From: Minisyncoccia bacterium
Lineage (GTDB): Bacteria > Patescibacteriota > Minisyncoccia > Phycocordibacterales > UBA9973
Reading direction: 5' to 3'
Assembly (NCBI GenBank): GCA_041737125.1
Contig: JBGSSJ010000013.1
Coordinates: 6,236 to 70,235, forward strand
Length of the DNA stretch: 64,000 nucleotides
Position numbers and translations under genes: made by a program. How positions within the stretch are numbered: the first letter of the stretch is position 1; the number at the start of each line of letters is the position of its first letter. Below, piece by piece: positions 20,270 through 28,605 of this stretch. The notes under the pieces were generated by a model, which was not told the origin of the DNA, did no database searches, and worked only from the letters and a program-made list of their open reading frames with translations.

Positions 20270-21289
20270 TTACGCTGTATACTTTTCTATAAGTTTATTA
20301 GCTTCTTCAGGATTTGCTTTACATTCAAGTAGAGCTGTGAGCATAAGCGGAGCTACGATTGTGGCATCGGATTCTATGACATACATCGGTGTGTCTTTGG
20401 TAAGTTTGTCCCATGTAATCTTCTCATTTGGGGTAGCACCGGAGTATGAACCATATGAAGTCGTAGAGTCAGATATCTGGCAGAAGTAAGCCCAAGGCTT
20501 TGCCTCTTGCTCCATATCGTACTTGAGTGACGGTACTACGCATATTGGGAAGTCACCAGCAATACCTCCGCCTATTTGGAAGAAACCTATTCCCTCACCT
20601 TTTGATAGTTCTTGATACTGATCATAAAATGCACCCATGTACTCAATACCTGACTTTGCAATAGACGCACTTGCATCACCATGCTTCACATGTGAAGCAA
20701 ATATATTCCCAAAAGTAGAGTCTTCATATCCTGGCACAACTATCGGCAAGTTTTTCTCTGCAGCTGCAAGTAGCCAGCATTCATCAGCATTACCTTCATG
20801 CTTCTCTTTATCGAGCGCCTGTATCAAATCATAGAAGTATTCATGCCAGAATTTGCGTATACCTTCCTTCGTAGCATTCTCCCACATAGGCACAATGTGC
20901 TTCTCCACTGCGCGGAAAGCTTCGTCCTCGGGGATACTAGTGTCTGTAACTCGGCGCATTCTATTATCAAGTATTGCAGTGTCATCTTCTTTAGTGAAAT
21001 ACCTGTAATCAGGGAAATCTTTGTAGCTATTATGAGCAACTAGACGGAATAGTGATTCCTCAAGGTTCGCACCTGTAACAGACATACCGTGTATAAGTCC
21101 TGCACGAATAGCAGGAGCAAGCACGATACCAAGCTGAGCAGATGACATCGCACCAGCGACAGCCCAGAACATCTTTCCACCTTTCTCTGCATGACGCCAG
21201 TAAGCTATAAGTGCATCACGAGTAGCACGAGCATTAAAGTTCTTGTAATTCTTAAGCACGAATTCTAGTGTAGGGAGATTACTTTGCAT
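20270..21289 (-). CDS. Deoxyhypusine synthase-like protein (putative homospermidine-pathway aminobutyltransferase)
   Basis: GAMSSAQLG, TGANLEE, IGGGIAGDF, GSYSGATPNEKITWDK (catalytic-Lys region), ESDATIVAPL. Confidence 0.9.
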   Translation of the reverse strand: MQSNLPTLEFVLKNYKNFNARATRDALIAYWRHAEKGGKMFWAVAGAMSSAQLGIVLAPAIRAGLIHGMSVTGANLEESLFRLVAHNSYKDFPDYRYFTKEDDTAILDNRMRRVTDTSIPEDEAFRAVEKHIVPMWENATKEGIRKFWHEYFYDLIQALDKEKHEGNADECWLLAAAEKNLPIVVPGYEDSTFGNIFASHVKHGDASASIAKSGIEYMGAFYDQYQELSKGEGIGFFQIGGGIAGDFPICVVPSLKYDMEQEAKPWAYFCQISDSTTSYGSYSGATPNEKITWDKLTKDTPMYVIESDATIVAPLMLTALLECKANPEEANKLIEKYTA

Positions 21290-21303
21290 ATATAGAAAGC
21301 GAA

Positions 21304-21401
21304 GTAAATTATTTTATGAAAAAATGTCTGGCCGAGCTCATTCAATTAATAAATTATGTTGAGCGAGGAGAACAGAGGACTTTTTTCAGAATATAATTTA
21401 C
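21304..21401. repeat. 98-bp imperfect palindromic element upstream of the DHS-like gene
   Basis: GTAAATTATTTTATGAAAAAATGTC ... GACTTTTTTCAGAATATAATTTAC arms; inner GCTCA/TGAGC. Confidence 0.65.
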
Positions 21402-21426
21402 GTAGTTTAATTAAAATTAATAATAA

Positions 21427-22806
21427 TTACCATCCGAAATTTTTACCAACATCATCTGGTGACTCTCTTTTGCGAGCGACCACGATATGACCATTCTCTA
21501 TTATAAGCTTTAATGGCGAAGAAAGCATGCAGTGGTGCGCAGCTAGTGGATCCTGATATGCACCAGTGTCGTGAACTACGACATACATAGCCTCACCACT
21601 AGAACTATCAAAGTCCGGAAGTGTGACTGTACCATGAACTCCTGTGTATATGTCATCAGAGTCACAGCTTGATCCTGCAAGCCATACTTCATTCAGATTA
21701 TTGTCACCCTTATTATTCGCTGGTGATATAGCCCACTTCTGACCAATAGCCCAAGTATCGAGCAAGTCATTCATAAAGCTTCCATCTATGACGTACCACT
21801 TCTTCGCAGGACTCTTCTTATTCGTAATAGCTTTCGTATCAATAATCTTAAACACAGTTATCTGTGCAGGAGCCACGATATAGCGACCCCATTCACAAAT
21901 CAGGTTCGGGTGTGGAAGTCCGCGCTTCTCTGATTCAGACTTCACAAGCTTGAACATCCTCTCCATCAGCTTTTCTATTGGATAACTTTTATTACGAGTG
22001 TACGGTATCGGCATACCACCTCCTATATCTATAGTATCGAGCATTGGATTCTTCTCTTTGAGTTGGAAGTACACATCTAGTGCATATTTGACTGGACCTA
22101 GTACGTCGGAGAGCTTCTCAATCTGTGAACCTATATGATAGTGTAGAATTTTCAAATTCTTAAATGATCCCATCTCAAGTATTTCTTTTGCAGAAAATCC
22201 GAAGCGATCTATCGGCTTATTCCAGTAGGAATTTGCTTTGATCGGCATGTCTAGGCGGATACCTACATCGTACTTCGAATACTGTAAGAATTTCAATTCA
22301 TTCGGTCCTTCAATAAGCGGGAAAATTTTCACCCCTTTATGCTGCATGTCATCGATAAGTGATATATATTTGTCCGTCTTCGGGCCAGAGCAAAGTATGC
22401 GGATATTCGGATTAAATGTCTCTTGCTCGAGCATCTTCTTGATAAGCCAGAGGTCGTTGTATGATGAAGTCTCAAGGTGAGCGCCTTCACCGACGAGTGC
22501 CATAACTACCTCTTTGTTCTGATTTACTTTCATCGGATAGTGGTAGAAGAATTTGCCTAAGTAGCCTGTCTTCTTCGACAAGTCTTTCACTAAGTCTAGG
22601 AAGTCCTCAAGCCTCTCTTCAATAACAAAAGGCATCAATATCTCAAGTGATGTTCCGAACTTCTCCGCCATATAGCGGACGTTATATATGTTGTGACCTT
22701 CTTTAACAATTAAATCTCCGTCTTTGTTGTAATCGAAATATTGAGTGTTAAATTCTTTCACACCAATCTTCCAAAGCTTCTTTGAAGCTATAGAGCGTTT
22801 AGTCAT
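21427..22806 (-). CDS. speA: PLP-dependent arginine decarboxylase (short alanine-racemase-fold type)
   Basis: YPMKVNQ (PLP Lys), HYHIGSQ, DIGGG, CEWGR, SCDSDD, GAYQ; next to agmatinase. Confidence 0.85.
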   Translation of the reverse strand: MTKRSIASKKLWKIGVKEFNTQYFDYNKDGDLIVKEGHNIYNVRYMAEKFGTSLEILMPFVIEERLEDFLDLVKDLSKKTGYLGKFFYHYPMKVNQNKEVVMALVGEGAHLETSSYNDLWLIKKMLEQETFNPNIRILCSGPKTDKYISLIDDMQHKGVKIFPLIEGPNELKFLQYSKYDVGIRLDMPIKANSYWNKPIDRFGFSAKEILEMGSFKNLKILHYHIGSQIEKLSDVLGPVKYALDVYFQLKEKNPMLDTIDIGGGMPIPYTRNKSYPIEKLMERMFKLVKSESEKRGLPHPNLICEWGRYIVAPAQITVFKIIDTKAITNKKSPAKKWYVIDGSFMNDLLDTWAIGQKWAISPANNKGDNNLNEVWLAGSSCDSDDIYTGVHGTVTLPDFDSSSGEAMYVVVHDTGAYQDPLAAHHCMLSSPLKLIIENGHIVVARKRESPDDVGKNFGW

Positions 22807-22899
22807 TTCTTTTTACCAAGCAGTCTGCCTGCAATAAAATAATAATATGAATATCATAGCAGATTTGTGGTAGATGTAAATAGAGACAATTTATAATTA

Positions 22900-22932
22900 A
22901 AGGGCTTACCTGCATAATACAGATAAGCCCTT
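22900..22932 (-). terminator. Hairpin/terminator downstream of GNAT gene
   Basis: AAGGGCTTACCTG-loop-CAGATAAGCCCTT. Confidence 0.6.
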
Positions 22933-22940
22933 ATACAACC

Positions 22941-23513
22941 TTACGTCATCACCCAAATACTTTTTTTAAGTAAAGGACAAGTAGAACATCTACTGCCAAA
23001 AAATTCTTTGTTTTTCTGAGCATTTTCACACTCACAAAAGCGTATTTTTTCTTTGACTGTTTTGTATTCTGGCAACTTATCAATGTCCTGCCAACCCAAT
23101 TTTTCAAAGAATGAAATTATTGTGTCTTCCTTGGTTACGCTCGTACCAACAAAGCCATTGTCATCAACATATCCCATTCTTATTTTAAGAAACTCCATTC
23201 CAATCCCACTTTTTCTAAAATCAAGATCTACGCAGTTTGAACACAATTCAACTACAGACTTTTTTTTGAAAATAATGGGGGAATGTGTCCTTTCATCTTT
23301 GGACGCAATTATACCAGCAGCCCCTACTATTTTTTCTCCATAGAAGGCAAAAACTGCAAATAATAAATTGTTTCTAAAAAAGGCGGGTGTCCTAGTTAGA
23401 GTGAAGTCACTCTTGCGAGTTTCTTCTGACCACCATTCCAACCATTTTTCAATTTTATTGGTTTTAAAATTGGTAATGGTAACATAACTGACCGGATTGT
23501 TTTTTCTTTTCAT
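22941..23513 (-). CDS. GNAT-family N-acetyltransferase with Cys-rich C-terminus
   Basis: IVGAAG, ELCSNCVDLDFRKSGIG (acetyl-CoA motif A), FFEKLGW, C-terminal CxC...CxxC. Confidence 0.75.
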   Translation of the reverse strand: MKRKNNPVSYVTITNFKTNKIEKWLEWWSEETRKSDFTLTRTPAFFRNNLLFAVFAFYGEKIVGAAGIIASKDERTHSPIIFKKKSVVELCSNCVDLDFRKSGIGMEFLKIRMGYVDDNGFVGTSVTKEDTIISFFEKLGWQDIDKLPEYKTVKEKIRFCECENAQKNKEFFGSRCSTCPLLKKSIWVMT

Positions 23514-23588
23514 ATACAGAAGTTAGTAAGTTTTACAAAAAAAATTTTAAACAAAGAATAACACATCTGGAAAATAATGCAATAGCTC

Positions 23589-23624
23589 AAGCAAAAAGCA
23601 CCCACATATGGGTACTTTTTGCTT
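23589..23624 (-). terminator. Terminator of dnaJ
   Basis: AAGCAAAAAGCACCCA-loop-TGGGTACTTTTTGCTT. Confidence 0.7.
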
Positions 23625-23627
23625 TGT

Positions 23628-24716
23628 TTAAATCCCCTCTTCTTTTAACTTTTCTATGATTTCTTTTGATTTGCGAGAGAGCTTCTTTGGCATATCTATC
23701 TTGATTCGGATTATTATGTCGCCTCGGCCACGGCTAGATGGCACACCTTTACCCTTCACTCGTAATAGCTCACCATGGTTTATCCCTTCTGGGATTGTCA
23801 CTTCTACTGTATTCCCTTCCAAAGTCTTCAAATCATATTCCATACCAAGCAGTGCATCGGAGAGTTTGATAGGTAGATCCATATGCAAGTTCAGTCCATC
23901 GCGCTTAAATGTTGAGTGGGAGCGGATATTCACCTTGATATACAAGTCCCCAGCAGTGCCTCCTTGGATAGCTTCGCCCATGCCTGTCATGCGCACCATC
24001 TCGCCAGGATTGATGCCAGCAGGAACTTTGAGTTCGATCTCCTCTTGCTTGTTACGGACTCCTTTGCCACTACACTCACTACACTTCTCGCTCGGAGTCT
24101 TGCCTTGGCCATGACACACGTCGCAAGTCTTCCTCGTCTCGAATGTTCCTAGTATAGAGCGCTTCATCTCGCGGACTTGGCCATTACCGTTACAAGTTTT
24201 ACAAGTATCCATCTTCGTCCCTGGCTTACCACCAGAGCCTTTACAGATGTCACAGACGGATTGCTTTGACAACAGAATCTTGCGAGTAACACCGAAGATA
24301 GATTCTTCGAAAGATAAATCTATCTCTGTAGAAATATCGCGCCCTCTCTTCGCTCGGCCACCTCCACGACCTCCTCCACCGAAAAAGTCTCCGAAGATAT
24401 CTCCCAAGTCTCCCATGTCGAATTCTACTCCATTACCATTCTGGAATCCTGAAAAGTCGAAACCACCGAATCCACCTTGGCCTCCTCCTCCCGGATTGAA
24501 GCCTTGAGGACCATCTGCACCAAAGCGATCATACTGAGCGCGCTTACTATCATCGGAGAGTGTCTGGTAAGCTTGGTTTACTTCCTTGAACTTCGAATCA
24601 TCTCCCTTATTCTTGTCTGGGTGATGCTTATGAGCAAGCTTATGGAAAGCCTTTTTAATCTCGTCCTTCGACGCACTTTTATTTACCCCCAATATTTCGT
24701 AATAATCCTTAGACAT
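23628..24716 (-). CDS. dnaJ: Chaperone DnaJ
   Basis: J-domain HPD, G/F-rich region, four CxxCxGxG repeats. Confidence 0.98.
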   Translation of the reverse strand: MSKDYYEILGVNKSASKDEIKKAFHKLAHKHHPDKNKGDDSKFKEVNQAYQTLSDDSKRAQYDRFGADGPQGFNPGGGGQGGFGGFDFSGFQNGNGVEFDMGDLGDIFGDFFGGGGRGGGRAKRGRDISTEIDLSFEESIFGVTRKILLSKQSVCDICKGSGGKPGTKMDTCKTCNGNGQVREMKRSILGTFETRKTCDVCHGQGKTPSEKCSECSGKGVRNKQEEIELKVPAGINPGEMVRMTGMGEAIQGGTAGDLYIKVNIRSHSTFKRDGLNLHMDLPIKLSDALLGMEYDLKTLEGNTVEVTIPEGINHGELLRVKGKGVPSSRGRGDIIIRIKIDMPKKLSRKSKEIIEKLKEEGI

Positions 24717-24720
24717 GAAT

Positions 24721-25146
24721 TTATTCTAATTCATTGCGTAATTCTTCTTCCGCTTCATTAATTTCAGTAAAAATTTTACTAGGATCATTATTTTTTGAAG
24801 CTTCTGAAATTTTTTCAATAATATTGTTTATTTTTGATAATTTTAAATTTAATTCCGTTTCTTTTTTTGACAACTCTAAAAATTCTTCATCAGACACATT
24901 TTCATTATCTAATGCATTATTAAATTTTTCCAAAATTTCATAATATTTTTTATTAACAATATCTTGTAATTCCCAAAATTTTTGAAATCTATTGTCCAAT
25001 TGTTTATCTCTAATTAATGCCTCATTTAGTTTTTTATAAAGCTCGTTATATTTTTTAGACCATTCATTAAATTCGCCTTGATGATTTTTATTTAGATTTC
25101 CACCACCATTTTCAATATCTGGAGCCCTATATATTTCATTTTTCAT
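24721..25146 (-). CDS. Hypothetical helical protein (very AT-rich)
   Basis: 141-aa E/K/N-rich ORF between dnaK and dnaJ. Confidence 0.65.
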   Translation of the reverse strand: MKNEIYRAPDIENGGGNLNKNHQGEFNEWSKKYNELYKKLNEALIRDKQLDNRFQKFWELQDIVNKKYYEILEKFNNALDNENVSDEEFLELSKKETELNLKLSKINNIIEKISEASKNNDPSKIFTEINEAEEELRNELE

Positions 25147-25196
25147 ATATTTTAAGCCACGAGGGCATTATTTTATAATGAGTTAATTATACTATA

Positions 25197-27086
25197 TTAT
25201 TTCCCTTCCGGCTCCTCTTTTACTTCTGCGTCTTTGATTTCTTCTGATTGAGGTTCGGCTGTAGTGCCACCTTCTGGAGCTGCGCCTGCTTTCGCCATAG
25301 CTTCACCAATCTTTGAGACTTCAGCCGTAAGTTCTTCTAGAGACTTCTTGATAGCTTCTATATCTGTGCCTTCTTTTGCAGTTTTTACATTTGCAATCTT
25401 CTCTTCGACTGAAGTCTTCAGAGTTGCATCCACTTTATCACCATATTCTTTCAAAGATTTCTCAGCAGAGAATATCATCATTTCTGCTGTATTCTTCTCA
25501 TCTACAAGTTCCTTCTTCTTCATATCTTCCTCGGCATGAGTTTCTGCTTCATCTTGCATGCGCTTGATATCGGCATCTGTAAGACCTGAGGATGCTTCGA
25601 TACGAATAGAAGATTCCTTGCCACTTGCTTTGTCTTTCGCTTTCACATTTAGTATACCGTTCGCATCTACATCGAAAGTCACTTCGATCTGTGGCATACC
25701 GCGTGGTGCTGGTGGTATATCACCTAGAATAAATCTTCCGAGAGATTTGTTATCACTTGCCATTGGGCGCTCGCCTTGAGTGATATGTATCTCTACAGAA
25801 GTCTGATTATCAGCTGCAGTAGAGAAGACTTGGCTCTTTGAGCTTGGAATAGTTGTATTACGCTCTACAAGCTTCGTAGCGACTCCTCCTAGAGTCTCTA
25901 TGCCGAGAGATAGTGGTATCACATCAAGGAGCAATACGTCCTTCACATCGCCTTGTAGCACTCCAGCTTGGACTGCAGCACCGAGGGCCACTACTTCATC
26001 TGGGTTGATAGAGCGATTTGGTTCCTTACCGAATAATGCCTTCACTGCTTCTACTATTGCTGGCATCCGTGTCTGACCTCCGACCATTATAATCTCGTTG
26101 ATTTCGGACATCTTGAATGGTGATGCTTCCATAGCACGCTTTGTAATCTCGATAGAGCGATCGATATACTCTTTAGAAAGTTCTATAAGCTTCGCTTGAT
26201 TCATCTTCAGTAGTAAGTGCTGAGGACCTGCATCTGTAGAAGTTATGAATGGGATATTTATTTCTGTTTCTGGAGTTGTAGAAAGTTCTATCTTTGCTTT
26301 CTCTGCGGCTTCATCGAGGCGCTGTAATGCAAGTGGATCTTTCGTAATATCTACACCTGAAGTTTTCTTAAATTCTTCTGCGATCCAACTTATAATCTTC
26401 TGATCTATATCACGGCCTCCCATGTGTGAGTCGCCATCTGTAGACTTCACTTCTATCACATCGTTTGAGACTTCAAGTACTGACACGTCGAATGTTCCTC
26501 CTCCGAAGTCGTAGACCACAATCTTCTCATCTTTCTTTGTATTGAATCCATATGCAAGAGCTGCAGCTGTCGGCTCGTTGATAATACGCTTCACATCAAG
26601 CCCTGCGATAGCACCTGCGTCCTTTGTAGCTTTTCTTTGTGCATCGTTGAAGTAAGCAGGGACTGTAATAATAGCCTCTGTTATCTTCTCGCCTAGCTTC
26701 GCTTCTACGTCTGCTTTAATTTTCGCAAGTATCATCGCAGATATTTCTTCTGGGCGATTCCACTTGTCACCAATGTTTACTTCTACTCCTCCATCTTTAC
26801 CTTTCTGAATTTTAAATGGAGCAGTCTTCTGTGACTTCTGGATTTCAGGATCTTCAAACATGTGGCCCATATACCTCTTGATACCGTATATTGTATTCTG
26901 TGGATTCGTCACTGCTTGGCGCTTCGCAAGAAGACCGACAAGCCTGTCACCAGTCTTACCGATCGCTACGATTGACGGTGTAGTTCTTGCTCCTTCAACG
27001 TTCTCGATAATCTTCGGCTGACCGCCTTCAATAATCGCTACTGCACTATTTGTTGTACCCAAATCTATTCCTATTATTTTTGACAT
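25197..27086 (-). CDS. dnaK: Chaperone DnaK
   Basis: [37 protein letters not shown]. Confidence 0.99.
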   Translation of the reverse strand: MSKIIGIDLGTTNSAVAIIEGGQPKIIENVEGARTTPSIVAIGKTGDRLVGLLAKRQAVTNPQNTIYGIKRYMGHMFEDPEIQKSQKTAPFKIQKGKDGGVEVNIGDKWNRPEEISAMILAKIKADVEAKLGEKITEAIITVPAYFNDAQRKATKDAGAIAGLDVKRIINEPTAAALAYGFNTKKDEKIVVYDFGGGTFDVSVLEVSNDVIEVKSTDGDSHMGGRDIDQKIISWIAEEFKKTSGVDITKDPLALQRLDEAAEKAKIELSTTPETEINIPFITSTDAGPQHLLLKMNQAKLIELSKEYIDRSIEITKRAMEASPFKMSEINEIIMVGGQTRMPAIVEAVKALFGKEPNRSINPDEVVALGAAVQAGVLQGDVKDVLLLDVIPLSLGIETLGGVATKLVERNTTIPSSKSQVFSTAADNQTSVEIHITQGERPMASDNKSLGRFILGDIPPAPRGMPQIEVTFDVDANGILNVKAKDKASGKESSIRIEASSGLTDADIKRMQDEAETHAEEDMKKKELVDEKNTAEMMIFSAEKSLKEYGDKVDATLKTSVEEKIANVKTAKEGTDIEAIKKSLEELTAEVSKIGEAMAKAGAAPEGGTTAEPQSEEIKDAEVKEEPEGK

Positions 27087-27218
27087 ATATATTTTTATAA
27101 TTAATTATTAATAATTTTAATTTTGTAATTTGATTATATACTTATCATTTATTTTTGACAAGTATTTAGCGACCACTGAAACTATGTTGATATTATATTT
27201 ATATGTGATAAAATGTCA

Positions 27219-27284
27219 ACAGAGTAGTAGAATTTGGCCATGCTCATAGAGCGTTGAAAACTTGGCCAAAACTCACTACTCTGT
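27219..27284 (+). promoter_or_regulatory. Long inverted repeat between divergent dnaK and PaaX-like gene
   Basis: ACAGAGTAGTAGAATTTGGCCA ... TGGCCAAAACTCACTACTCTGT, ending 7 nt before ATG at 27292. Confidence 0.55.
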
Positions 27285-27291
27285 CAAATAT

Positions 27292-27849
27292 ATGAAAGAT
27301 GAGTCCAAAAAACCAAAGAAATCAATACAAAAGGCTATTCTGAAGAATATCGCCCGTAAGAAGACAGCTTCCCTAGAAACAGTGAAGAAAGACCTAGAAG
27401 AGGCTATTCTATGCGAATACGAGCCACAGAAAGGCTCTTATGCTATCGCCCGCTCTATAAGGAACCTACTGTCTGACGGATTAATAGAAGCATTTAATTC
27501 AGAACACAAGCAATACTTCAGGCTGACAAGTGAAGGCAAACAAAAGCTCAACAATATCGCACTCGAATCCGAAGGTGGACTAGTCTCTACTCACTGGGAT
27601 GGGTATTGGCGGATCATACTTCTCGACTTACCAGAAGATCGTAAGAGTGAGCGCGAAGCACTGCGCTACCTACTGAAGAAAGCTTCTTTTGTATGCATCA
27701 AGAATTCAGTCTGGATATCTATGTACCCATACGAGCATCTATTCACAAATATAAAAAAGGATCTCGGTCTGACAACAGAGATGATGATAATAGTTACAGA
27801 TAAGATAGATGAAGAGACAGAGAATTCTTTCTTTAAATTAATTAAATAA
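27292..27849 (+). CDS. PaaX-like regulator (winged HTH plus Cas2-like domain)
   Basis: FRLTSEGK wHTH end; WDGYWRIILLDLPEDRKSEREALRYLL...KNSVWIS; start moved to MKDESK. Confidence 0.82.
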   Translation: MKDESKKPKKSIQKAILKNIARKKTASLETVKKDLEEAILCEYEPQKGSYAIARSIRNLLSDGLIEAFNSEHKQYFRLTSEGKQKLNNIALESEGGLVSTHWDGYWRIILLDLPEDRKSEREALRYLLKKASFVCIKNSVWISMYPYEHLFTNIKKDLGLTTEMMIIVTDKIDEETENSFFKLIK

Positions 27850-27853
27850 AATA

Positions 27854-27895
27854 AATGGCTGCTAATTCCCGCATATGCGGGAATTAGCAGCCATT
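27854..27895. terminator. Perfect 42-bp palindrome between convergent PaaX-like gene and grpE
   Basis: AATGGCTGCTAATTCCCGCAT|ATGCGGGAATTAGCAGCCATT. Confidence 0.7.
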
Positions 27896-27931
27896 CTCTA
27901 ATGATTTATAATTCTAATAAATCAAAATAAA

Positions 27932-28543
27932 CTATTCCTTAAATTCGTAAATATTTACACGAGCGGGGCGGATAACACGGTCACCTATCTTGTACCCTGC
28001 TTGAGTGACTTTCTCTATCATGTGGTCTTTACTTTGATCGTCTGTCGGTACACTTTCTATGGATTCATGTAAAGTTGGATCAAATTTAATATTTACTTTA
28101 TCTATAATTTCTACTCCAGTGCTCGCAAGTCCACCAATAATTTGCTGGTATATATATTCTACCCCAGTGCGCCAGTTCTGATCTACTTTCTCCCATGCTT
28201 CTTTATTACTCATCGCCATATCAAAGCTATCGATAGCAGGAAGTAAGCTCTCTACAATTTTCTCTTTTGTAAGTAGTGAAGTATTCGCGCGAACTTGATC
28301 CATTTCTTTCTGGAGGTTCACATAGTCAGCTTTCGCCCTCTGCCAACCTGTTAAGTATTCTTCCTTATCAGCACGAGCCTGCTTCAAATCTGCACGCAAC
28401 TTCCCTACTACATCTTTGGCGGGTAATTCCTCTCCGTCTTCAGTACTAGGTAGGAATTCCACATCTTTAAAATCCGACTCAATAGAATCTTTTAGAACAT
28501 CATCTTGTGGTATATCTTTTATTTCTTTTTCATCATTATTCAT
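27932..28543 (-). CDS. grpE: Nucleotide exchange factor GrpE
   Basis: WQRAKADYVN, LLPAIDSF, FDPTLHES, GYKIGDRVIRPARV. Confidence 0.96.
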   Translation of the reverse strand: MNNDEKEIKDIPQDDVLKDSIESDFKDVEFLPSTEDGEELPAKDVVGKLRADLKQARADKEEYLTGWQRAKADYVNLQKEMDQVRANTSLLTKEKIVESLLPAIDSFDMAMSNKEAWEKVDQNWRTGVEYIYQQIIGGLASTGVEIIDKVNIKFDPTLHESIESVPTDDQSKDHMIEKVTQAGYKIGDRVIRPARVNIYEFKE

Positions 28544-28605
28544 AGTATTTGGATTATAGCAATAAATTTACTTTTTTCAAGTTTTATAAAAAAAATATTT
28601 ATATA

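Noticed and set aside
20270-21289. eIF5A hypusination system
   Set aside because: Bacterial context with no eIF5A or efp in the window; linkage to speA and speB favours polyamine synthesis.
24721-25146. Co-chaperone role for the ORF between dnaK and dnaJ
   Set aside because: Low-complexity AT-rich orphan with no recognisable domain; position alone is insufficient.
27292-27849. CRISPR-Cas locus suggested by the Cas2-like domain
   Set aside because: No cas1, effector genes or repeat-spacer array; the domain is fused to a winged HTH as in PaaX-like regulators.
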